From Chitinophagales bacterium (GTDB lineage: Bacteria; Bacteroidota; Bacteroidia; Chitinophagales; UBA8649), in contig JACJYS010000001.1 in NCBI GenBank assembly GCA_020635995.1, positions 810,477 through 874,476 on the forward strand: a stretch of 64,000 nt of DNA, written 5' to 3'. This document shows positions 19,714 through 28,800 of the stretch, in pieces. Positions within the stretch are counted from its first letter, which is position 1, and the number at the start of each line of letters is the position of its first letter. The notes under the pieces are model-generated. The model was not told where the DNA came from and did no database searches. It saw nothing but the letters and a program-made list of their open reading frames with translations. A program made the translations under genes and the position numbers.

Positions 19714-21960
19714 CTATTCTTCTATCTCTTCTATTATTTTATTAAACCTTTGCATATTTGTAGAATCTACGGCTGCATCTATTACATTTTCTAATTCTTT
19801 TTGGCTCAATCGCAAACTCATGCTGGCTCGTTTTTTATTGTCGCCTACACTATATTCTAAGTTGTATAAACTTAATTTTCCGTCTAAAATTTCATTAGTG
19901 CCTTCCAGCATATAATTGTGCAAATAATCTTGCGAGTTGGTAATATTGCTATAAATACTGCCAAAAGAAGAACCTAATTTTGATACAAAAGTTTGATACT
20001 CAAAATCTTCTATTTTTTTGTTTTTTACGTTATCTCTTATTTGCACTATCATAACGCCACTGGTATTTTTCTTAATCCAATTTTGAAATACATTAATAAA
20101 TCTTACCGCATCTTCTATTCCAAAATTATCTCTAATTCCGGCATCAAATACATCTATTTTAGGCTCGCTGGGCAAGGAAACATTAGGCAAAATAAGCGGA
20201 TAGGTAGCATTCATTCGCACTGCTGAAATTACATTTAAACTATCGGGATTATTTTTGCTAAAAAAAGATTTAAAATCTATGGCATCTATGTTTAAATTGT
20301 CTTTATTGCCGTGTATGTCTGTATTGGCATGCATTAAATATCTTACATTGTGCGGACTTATAACTAATTTTCTTAAATCTGTAATGCTAATAGTATTAAG
20401 CAATAACATAGGTATGGTTGCATTTTTTTCAAAATTTTCATATTCTACTATAGGTTTTTTTAATAAATCTTCAGTGTAATTATTAAAAGCTAACTCAAAT
20501 GCCGTACCTCTATCAAAAGTATATTTTTTATTATTTAATTTATATTTTTTAAAGCCAAAAAACATATCGTTTGTTACTATGGTGCTGGTTATTTTATTTA
20601 TTAAATCGCCAGATACATTTTGGACATATTTTTCACTATAAATGTTGTCCAATATATTTAACTTTTTCCTTAAGTACAATTCTCTATAATAAGTTATGCC
20701 CATCATTCCGCCAGAGGCACCAGACATAAGCATGGTATGGTTTAAAAAATCGCCATTGCTAAGGCTGTCTAATGTTTGAAGCACTTTAACGGTATATGCT
20801 GCGGCTCTATTTCCACCACCGGAAGATAATACTATTACCATTTTAGGTTTATATCGGTATGGTTTTCCCTCGGTATTTTTTTCTTTCCATTTTTCCAATA
20901 TTTTTAGGGTATTGCTTATGTCCAGCTCTATAGAATCTTCATTAGCTATTTTGCGAAGCTCTTCTAAAGAATATTCTTGCTTATAAGTATAGTCTAAGCC
21001 ATAAGCTTGGCTATCTCTTTGCATCCATTTTGTTTTAGAAAAATAGTTTAAAGTAAGCAAAACCGCTATAAGCATAACTGTGCCCCACTTGCCTGCCCAA
21101 TGATATATTAATCCCGACAAAGAAATCAAAATACTAAAAAACAAGAAAATAGTGCCTGCTGCCGGAATTTCAAAAATGGGATTATCAACTACAAAACCTA
21201 AGGCAACTAAAAGCAAAGTATTAAGAAAAATGATTAAAAAGGCATTGATGTGATGTTGCTGAAATACTTTTCTTAAAAGTCTTTCGCTGTAATGTTTTAC
21301 TTCTCTTACAGGTCTTATTCTAAATTTTCTTGATAAATAATATTCAACTTTTTCTGCTTTCCCAAAATTGTTTAAATCTACCCAACTGGTTTCTTCATTA
21401 TTAAAATCATGGTCTTCTTGGTTAATGAATTTAAAAATATTTTTATTGGTTAGTAAAAAATAAAAAGAGGTGGTAAAAAGTATTAAGGCAAATCCAGAAG
21501 CAATTCCCAATATCATCCACGCTATTTGAATATTATCTTTATCCATTTCCACTTGTTGAAATTGGATAATTTTATATACATAAACTATAAAAAATGCCAG
21601 AGGAATAATGCTATTATTAAAAGTAAACATGGCAAAAGGCCATTTTAAACTTGCCATAAAAGGATAGCGATAGCTATACATTAGGTAGCTTATTAAATTC
21701 CATGTAATGTAAAATATGCCCAAGCACATACCCACTATATGAAAACTAAAGTAGCCTACTATGCCAAAATATTCGGGATTTAAAAACAGAATAGGCATGC
21801 CATAATCTATACCAAAATTATTAGTAACCATTAGTAAGATTATAAGCCAGCTAAAGCCTAATACAAAGTTTTCTTTTATGTGATTTAGTATAAGATTAAA
21901 GGGGAAAAAGTATAGTGTATCGCTAACTTTTTGGTAAATATCTTTAAACTTAAATGACAT
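19714..21960 (-). CDS. patatin-like phospholipase with N-terminal multi-TM domain
   Basis: 748 aa. The first roughly 330 aa contain multiple TM helices. The patatin domain follows, with an oxyanion SSGGGNRAA, the GxSxG nucleophile (SGASGGM) and the DAG/DG aspartate (FDAGIRDNFG). Confidence 0.75.
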   Translation of the reverse strand: MSFKFKDIYQKVSDTLYFFPFNLILNHIKENFVLGFSWLIILLMVTNNFGIDYGMPILFLNPEYFGIVGYFSFHIVGMCLGIFYITWNLISYLMYSYRYPFMASLKWPFAMFTFNNSIIPLAFFIVYVYKIIQFQQVEMDKDNIQIAWMILGIASGFALILFTTSFYFLLTNKNIFKFINQEDHDFNNEETSWVDLNNFGKAEKVEYYLSRKFRIRPVREVKHYSERLLRKVFQQHHINAFLIIFLNTLLLVALGFVVDNPIFEIPAAGTIFLFFSILISLSGLIYHWAGKWGTVMLIAVLLTLNYFSKTKWMQRDSQAYGLDYTYKQEYSLEELRKIANEDSIELDISNTLKILEKWKEKNTEGKPYRYKPKMVIVLSSGGGNRAAAYTVKVLQTLDSLSNGDFLNHTMLMSGASGGMMGITYYRELYLRKKLNILDNIYSEKYVQNVSGDLINKITSTIVTNDMFFGFKKYKLNNKKYTFDRGTAFELAFNNYTEDLLKKPIVEYENFEKNATIPMLLLNTISITDLRKLVISPHNVRYLMHANTDIHGNKDNLNIDAIDFKSFFSKNNPDSLNVISAVRMNATYPLILPNVSLPSEPKIDVFDAGIRDNFGIEDAVRFINVFQNWIKKNTSGVMIVQIRDNVKNKKIEDFEYQTFVSKLGSSFGSIYSNITNSQDYLHNYMLEGTNEILDGKLSLYNLEYSVGDNKKRASMSLRLSQKELENVIDAAVDSTNMQRFNKIIEEIEE

Positions 21961-22014
21961 ATAAAATGCTTGGAACTTAATTGAAAGATAAAGATATTAA
22001 ATGTAAAGCAGAAA

Positions 22015-23421
22015 TTAATACAATATTGCTCCTATATCAAAAGGATTGTTGTGTAGATTGCAATAATAGTCGTATAAATAGGTAGAATTTGTACCTGTAG
22101 CTATGCATGGAGAGTTATCTCTTAAATGAAAATCACCTTCTTGCATATTTTCAAACTGTGGATTTTGGTTAAAAATACAGTTTGTGTAGGTGCTGGTATC
22201 TGTGTTTAAAGATGTTTTTACTAAACAGTTTTGTAGGTCAAAATTAAAATCGGCAATGTCATCATTGTTTATAGAAAACTCATCATTTTTGCTTCCGTAA
22301 ATAATACAATTGGTAAAATTAGCAGCAGTTAAATTGCCATAGCCACCTTGTGTTCCATTACTTGCATAATTAGATAAAGCAACGGCAGCTTGCTCTCCTG
22401 TTCCGTAAAAGGTGCAATTTGTAAAATCGTAATTTCCGCCCATGGCTAAGGTAGCCAATCCATTTCCTGCACTATAGAAAATAGAATTATTGCATTCCAC
22501 ATTGGCATTTAAACAAAATAAGGCGGTATTTGATGTGTTTTTAATTTTTACTTTATCCAGCACTAATTGTGGTTGGTTGCTTTGACTAAAAGTGCTAAAA
22601 TCATCAAAAATCCACCTTCCTAAAATACCATAAGTGGCATTGTTTATTATGGTGTTATGAAACGTGCCGGTAGCTCCATTTCTTAGTACTATGCCCAGCC
22701 AAAGTCCTTTCATATCGTCATAAATCAATCCGTTAGGCAAGTCTTCTATTCTATCGCTTTGCAACACTACAGAGTCCATGCAGTTGGGTTCGCCTATAGT
22801 TAGTGGTCCGTCAGAAAAAATGCCACTTCCTGCGGTAAAATAAACTTTGCAGCCAGCTTTTATTTGCAACGAGCCAAAACTTTCAATACCTACACCGGGG
22901 AAAGAATCATTTCTAACTACTACGTGTGGTTTGTCGTTGTTCCAAATAGAATCGCCCGTAATAACTTCTCCGTAATGAAAATAAGCATTTTGTCCCCAAG
23001 CTCGCAAATACGATTTTTGAACTATACCGTTGTAGTGGTATTCAATTTCATCTAATAAAACAAAAGGATTGTTTTGATTGTTTGGGTCAACGGTTACTTC
23101 GGCAAAGATGTAGATGTAATCTTTTGCCGGAATTTCAATGTTTTCAATTATTCTGCCAGGTTCGCCATCTACATTTATTCTAAATTGTGTGCCCGGTAAG
23201 CCCATTAGCTCAACTTTATCTAATTTAACGGTTTCTTTTAGCGTGTTTTCTACTTTAAAGTATCTTGTTATGCTACCAACAGATGTAAAAACGGTATCAA
23301 AAGTAAGTGTATCGGCAGAAAATTTAAGTACTTCATCGCTACCGGAATAAAGTCTATCTTTTTTGCAAGAAGTAGCAAAAAGCAAAGCGGTAAGCAAAAA
23401 AAGTATGACAATTTGTTTCAT
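22015..23421 (-). CDS. hypothetical lipoprotein, probable right-handed beta-helix repeats
   Basis: 468 aa with the lipobox LLFATSCKKD. NxTFxN/NCxxY-type repeat spacing recurs in the C-terminal half. Confidence 0.55.
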   Translation of the reverse strand: MKQIVILFLLTALLFATSCKKDRLYSGSDEVLKFSADTLTFDTVFTSVGSITRYFKVENTLKETVKLDKVELMGLPGTQFRINVDGEPGRIIENIEIPAKDYIYIFAEVTVDPNNQNNPFVLLDEIEYHYNGIVQKSYLRAWGQNAYFHYGEVITGDSIWNNDKPHVVVRNDSFPGVGIESFGSLQIKAGCKVYFTAGSGIFSDGPLTIGEPNCMDSVVLQSDRIEDLPNGLIYDDMKGLWLGIVLRNGATGTFHNTIINNATYGILGRWIFDDFSTFSQSNQPQLVLDKVKIKNTSNTALFCLNANVECNNSIFYSAGNGLATLAMGGNYDFTNCTFYGTGEQAAVALSNYASNGTQGGYGNLTAANFTNCIIYGSKNDEFSINNDDIADFNFDLQNCLVKTSLNTDTSTYTNCIFNQNPQFENMQEGDFHLRDNSPCIATGTNSTYLYDYYCNLHNNPFDIGAILY

Positions 23422-23506
23422 AGTTTCATTATAAACTGAATAATCAATTTTTTATTTTGCAAAGCAAAGGATTAATAAAGTAATTTCATAATGAAGTATT
23501 CTTATT

Positions 23507-24271
23507 TTACGAAAGTTTGTAGAAATCTTTTATACAATTTGAATAATAACAGTAATCAATGTTATAATTAATTTGAAATTTAGTGGGGAATTTTGCATTT
23601 AGTGGAACTAACATTAATCTGTTTTTCCCATCAAATTTTATTTTCTTTTCAATTTGTCTGTTGTCAAATGCTGTATCAAAATAAAATAAATAAGGGTAAA
23701 TCCAGCTATAATATTCTTTTAAATTGTAAGTTATTTCTGATTGGGTAATGATTTCGGGATTTTTATTACATAACAATTCTTGAAATTCTATACAATTAAA
23801 AACTTGGTGGTCTTGTTTAGTTGCTATAAAATTAAATTGTGGGTCAATAAATAACCATTTATTTTGCTCTTTTATAAATGTTTCTACAACTACATGACCT
23901 GCTCCAAACTCTCTTGTTTCTACATCTTTTGTTTTTAGCGAAACTATTCTTGATTTTATTCCTAAAGAATTTAAACAAGCCGAAGTAACAATTGAATACT
24001 CAACACATCTGAATTGTTTGCCTTTTTGTGCTTCTTCAATAATGTAAATAGGGTCGTATTTTTTAGGTTCATTTCCTCCGTCATGTTCCCAAAGATTATG
24101 AACCCATTTTGTAATAACAACTACTTTTTCAATAGAACTTTTGCAATCCTCTACTAATTTTTCTAAACTAAATTTTGACTTAAGAGCTATTGAAAATTCA
24201 CTTTCGGGGTTTTCAAAATAATATTTGATTTCGGAATTTTCGTTAACAGTATCAAATTTAAGTGTTTTCAT
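23507..24271 (-). CDS. transglutaminase-like cysteine protease superfamily protein
   Basis: 254 aa. Cys-His-Asp triad context: FRCVEYS ... GAGHVVVE ... FIDPQ. No signal peptide. Confidence 0.65.
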   Translation of the reverse strand: MKTLKFDTVNENSEIKYYFENPESEFSIALKSKFSLEKLVEDCKSSIEKVVVITKWVHNLWEHDGGNEPKKYDPIYIIEEAQKGKQFRCVEYSIVTSACLNSLGIKSRIVSLKTKDVETREFGAGHVVVETFIKEQNKWLFIDPQFNFIATKQDHQVFNCIEFQELLCNKNPEIITQSEITYNLKEYYSWIYPYLFYFDTAFDNRQIEKKIKFDGKNRLMLVPLNAKFPTKFQINYNIDYCYYSNCIKDFYKLS

Positions 24272-24358
24272 TATTTTTCTGTCATTGCATATTTAGTGGC
24301 AAAAATAATAATTCGGAGTAATGGACAAAAATTAGGCTATTTTTCGGACGTGAAGTTC

Positions 24359-25536
24359 TAATGGACATTTTTTAGGCTCTATTTTTTATGGTTTTTAGGA
24401 TTGTCAAATTTAATTTTCCAAATTTGTGTTGTCTATATAAACGGAAGCGAGCTCTGCTGGAGAGCAACTCGTTAGGGATAATGTAGATGCTCGATAAAAA
24501 TATCGGTACTATGGACTGCTAAAATTAGGAGTCCATAGCTATTTTTGGAGAGCTTTATGCCTTTAAAAACTCATCTATAAATTTAATTTTTCTTTTTTTA
24601 GATAATCCATTGTGGTTTCTTAGTTTATTCTTTAAGTCTGCAAAATGACCATCAATAGCATTGGTGGTGTTTGGAATATTAAGTTCTATATAATCGTACC
24701 AGGTAAATAACCAAGGTAAATTATTTTTTAAACTTCTATATGCACTTCGTATTTTTTTATGTGTATAAAAGGATTTATTTGTAACGGGGTTAATAGTTCT
24801 TTCATTGAGAAAGTCTTCCCATTTATTAAACCATAAATCTAAAGCTCCTGTAAAAGATTCTTTATCTGTTTGCTTCATTAAATTGACAACTTCCATTAGT
24901 TCTTTAGATGCTATAAGTTTGGGGTTCTTGGTTAAATATCTTCGTATAATTGCAGATTGATGAAATTGACACATTTGAACAGGAACATCAAATGATTGGA
25001 TTAAACCTTTTCTTCCATCACAAACAATACCATTAATCTTAAACCCTAAAGATTTTAATTCATTGATTCCCTTGATATATAAAGCATTTGTTTCTGTCCT
25101 GACATAGTACTTCAATAAATTCTCTTTTGTTAGACTATCCTTAAACAACATAACGCCAAAGTTCCTTCCCCAGTAGGTTGTATCCATAAGAACAATTACT
25201 TCTCTTGGAACTTTTGATTTTAATTCAACTAAAATAGAATCCAATCTTCTTTGAATGGTTTTTACTGAACATGTATATCTAATAGCAAGTTGAGAATAGG
25301 TTTGTTTTCCATACAAGTATTCATCCCAAAGAATCTTATTGTCAATCCTATTACCTCCTAAAAATTGTTTCCCACAATAAGAGCATTTATACAATTGAAC
25401 ACCTTTAACTTTTCCATTTTTCTTGGTAAATCCTTTACCACAGCTTAAGCACTTTTTTTATTCATAATCTTTGATTGCCCTCAAAGCTAATAATTATAAC
25501 TGTTACAGCGATTCCTATCCTAAAAAATGTCCATTA
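24359..25536 (-). mobile_element. insertion sequence, 1178 bp, 18-bp perfect terminal inverted repeats, IS256/Mutator-like transposase with zinc ribbon
   Basis: TAATGGACATTTTTTAGG at 24359-24376 is the exact reverse complement of 25519-25536. The unit holds a single transposase ORF. Extra subterminal IR-like copies occur at 24319-24338 and about 24509-24548, so the left end could instead be 24319. Confidence 0.75.
24555..25394 (-). CDS. DDE transposase (IS256/MULE-like: D...D-x-KGL...Q-x-C-x-x-H), N-terminally truncated as drawn
   Basis: MDTTYWG (D1) and CDGRKGLIQSFDVPVQMCQFHQ (D2 plus CxxH) resemble the IS256/Mutator signature. The ORF as drawn starts at a TTG inside a CxxC...CxxC zinc ribbon. 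The first CxxC and an ATG (25465-25463) lie upstream in another frame. Confidence 0.7.
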   Translation of the reverse strand: MYKCSYCGKQFLGGNRIDNKILWDEYLYGKQTYSQLAIRYTCSVKTIQRRLDSILVELKSKVPREVIVLMDTTYWGRNFGVMLFKDSLTKENLLKYYVRTETNALYIKGINELKSLGFKINGIVCDGRKGLIQSFDVPVQMCQFHQSAIIRRYLTKNPKLIASKELMEVVNLMKQTDKESFTGALDLWFNKWEDFLNERTINPVTNKSFYTHKKIRSAYRSLKNNLPWLFTWYDYIELNIPNTTNAIDGHFADLKNKLRNHNGLSKKRKIKFIDEFLKA

Positions 25537-25573
25537 AGCCAATAATTCCAATACAGTTAAGTTAATTAGTGTT

Positions 25574-25614
25574 CTACACTCGTGCCACGACTCCAAGTCG
25601 TGGCACGAGTGTAG
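25574..25614. repeat. GC-rich perfect palindrome (19-bp stem, 3-nt loop)
   Basis: CTACACTCGTGCCACGACT-CCA-AGTCGTGGCACGAGTGTAG. It lies between the IS right end and the 3' end of the adhesin gene. Confidence 0.8.
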
Positions 25615-25852
25615 CCAATAAAAGAACGTCTTTGCGAGTGAGATACGAACGAAGTAATCTATTCAAAAAAAATCTTCCTCAAATCGTCATTGCCGTGCAC
25701 TTGCCTCTATCTCTACCTGCCTCCGCAGGTATGACGTTTTAGGGAAAGGTTAGGCTTTTATAGCATGGTTTTAGCCTCTAAATCCTCCTCGGGGGACTTT
25801 CCTTAATTATACCTAATTACTTAATTACCTTTATAGTCTGTAGATATAAGTG

Positions 25853-28800
25853 TTACCTCAACAATGTTATACTTCCTTTATCGGAAACTACATCATCATT
25901 TAGGAATGTAATTTTAATGTAGTAATTATATACGCCCGGATTTTGGTCTTTACCTTTGTATGTGCCATCCCACTCTGGGTCAATAGAACTTGACTCAAAT
26001 ATTTTTTCGCCCCAGCGGTTAAATACCATCATATCTATATATTTTATATGATTTCCATATACTTTAAATGTATTGTTGGTATTGTCAAACCCACTTGGTG
26101 TAAAGGCGTTAGGTATAAAATACTGATTGGGGTTAAGCACTTCTACATAAATATCTGCATAAGCTTGGCAGCCATTTTCGTCTGTAAAAACTAATGCGTA
26201 TTCTGTACTTTGGTAGGTATTAACAAAAGGCTCTGCACAGTCGGTACAGCTTAATCCTTCTGCTGGCGACCACTCATATTGATATACTGTACCTGATGCA
26301 GATGTCATATTTGCACTCATGGTAAATGTTTGTCCTAATGTAATGCTTGTATCTCCAGGGTTAATTTCTACAAAAACAGGGTCTGGGTCATTTAACTGTA
26401 CTTGAATACTGGTTTCGCAACCATTAACATCTGTAACACTTGCTACATAGTTTCCTTCAGCTATATTTAAGAAAATACCATTGCTATTTGTGGTACTACC
26501 TAAAGTATAAATATAAGGTGTGGAAGTGCTATTAACTGTACCTCCTGTAGCGGTTAATATTACTTGTCCGTTGTCATTGCCAAAACAAGATGGATTAATT
26601 ACACTATCACTTAGCATTAATTCCGTTGGTTCTGCAATTTGTACTACTAAAGTATGCTCGCAACCATTGGCATCCTGTACCCACGTAGCATAATCTCCGG
26701 CAGGCAAGTTGCTAAATAAGCCTGTTGAGTTTTGTAGTGTATTATTATTTACTAAGAAATAAGTGTAAGGAGTTGCTCCATTATAAGCACTCAGTTGCAC
26801 GCTTCCACTTTCTTCGCCAAAGCAAAGAACATCACTAACATTAGCCAATAAACTATCTACACCGCTTTGATTATTTATTTGAGCTGTGCCATTAGTGCTA
26901 CAGCCGGCATTATCTTGAACCACTATATTGTAGCTACCTTGTGATAGATTATCAAATACATTACTTGATTGGAAATTAGCTCCGCCATCAATACTATATG
27001 ATAAAGGTGTTGTTCCGTCTATTGCGGTTATGGTAATACTTCCATCTGCACTATTACAATTTTCATCTGTTGCTGTAATATCAGTAATAGAAGGATTTGT
27101 GCTACTGGCTATTTGTGCTGTAGTATTGGTAGAGCAGTTATTGGCATCATTTACTACAATATTATATGTACCTGCTGTCAATCCTGTAAAAGAACCACTA
27201 CTTTGTGTTGTTGTGCCTCCGTCTATACTATAAGTTAATGGAGCTACACCTCCAGAGGCTGTAATGGTAATAGTTCCGTTTGCATTACCACAAGAAGTAT
27301 TAACTGTGGCAACATTTGAAATAGCAGGTCCACCAATATTGTTTATTTGAGCTGTGCTATTATCTGAACAGCCACTGGCATCTTCAACTACTATACTGTA
27401 AGAACCACTCGGCTCGGTATTAAAAATATTGCTTGTTTGAAAAGTAGAACCACCATCTATACTATAAGAAAGTGGAGCAGTACCTCCCGAAGCAGTTATG
27501 GTAATAGAGCCATCGGCATTTCCGCATGTAGCATCTGTTGTAGTTACATTACTTATAGTAGGGCTACTACTACTTGAAATATTTGCAGTAGCTGTAGCTG
27601 GGCAGTTATTAGCATCATTTACTACTATATTATATGTACCCGCTGTCAATCCTGTAAATGAACCACTACTTTGTGTTGTTGTGCCTCCGTCTATACTATA
27701 TGTTAATGGAGCTGTACCACCTGTGGCTGTAATGGTAATAGTTCCATTTGTATTGCCACAAGAAGTATTAACCGTAGCAACATTTGAAATAGTAGGACCA
27801 TTAGCATTGCTAATAGTGGCGGTGCTATCATCTACGCAAAGGTTAGCATCTCTAACATAAACGGTATAAGAACCTGCACCTTGATTAGAAAATACATTAC
27901 TTGCTTGATAAGTTGTACCGTCTATACTATATTGTAAAGGAGCAGTACCTCCAGAGGCTGTAATGGTAATAGTTCCATCATTGTTTCCACAGGTAGCAGG
28001 AGTATTAGTTACATCGGTAATAATAGCTCCGCCTGTATTGCTGATAGTAGTAGTACTATCATCTACGCATAAATTGGCATCTCTAACATACACGGTATAA
28101 GAGCCTGCACTTTGGTTAGAAAATACATTACTTGCTTGATAAGTTGTACCGTCTATACTATATTGTAAAGGAGCAGTTCCTCCCGATGCGGTAATGGTTA
28201 TTGTTCCGTCATTGTTTCCACAGCTTGTAGGCGTATTAGTTACATCGGTAATAATAGCTCCGCCTGCATTGCTGATAGTAGTAGTGCTATCATCTACACA
28301 TAAGTTGGTATCTCTAACATACACGGTATAAGAACCTGCACTTTGATTAGAAAATACATTACTTGCTTGATAAGTAGAACCGTCTATACTGTATTGTAAA
28401 GGAGCAGTTCCTCCAGAGGCTGTAATGGTAATGGTGCCATCAGCGTTTCCACAACTGGCTGGCGTAGTTGAAATAGCATTAATTGATGATCCATTCACAG
28501 AAACAGTTTCTATACTACTAGCAGGGCAAGTACCTAATAAGCTATATTCTATACTATATGTTGTTCCAGATACTTCATTACTTATTTCTCCTGTTGTTGA
28601 ATTAATTGAAGCTCCGTCAGAAGGTATAGGGTTGAATGTAAATATACCTCCCACTGTTGTAATATTTGTAGGTCCATTAATTGTACCATAACAAAAATCA
28701 TTAAAATTAAAAGAAGCGTCTGTTTGTGTAGGATTTATTAAAGTATCTTCAAAAGTTTGTTGACATGTAGATCCTGAATTAATTATTGTTACCGTAAAAT

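Noticed and set aside
19714-24271. The patatin-like lipase, beta-helix lipoprotein and transglutaminase-like protein next to an IS, considered as a possible defence or effector island (CBASS-like)
   Set aside because: No cyclase, sensor, NTPase or other defence partner is present. The patatin protein has a large housekeeping-type multi-TM N-terminus. The three genes have ordinary composition and look like conserved envelope genes. The IS lies downstream of the cluster, not around it.
26880-28470. A CRISPR-like regular repeat array
   Set aside because: The period is 231 bp and the whole unit is repeated with no unique spacers. It is in frame within a long CDS that encodes SprB-type protein repeats.
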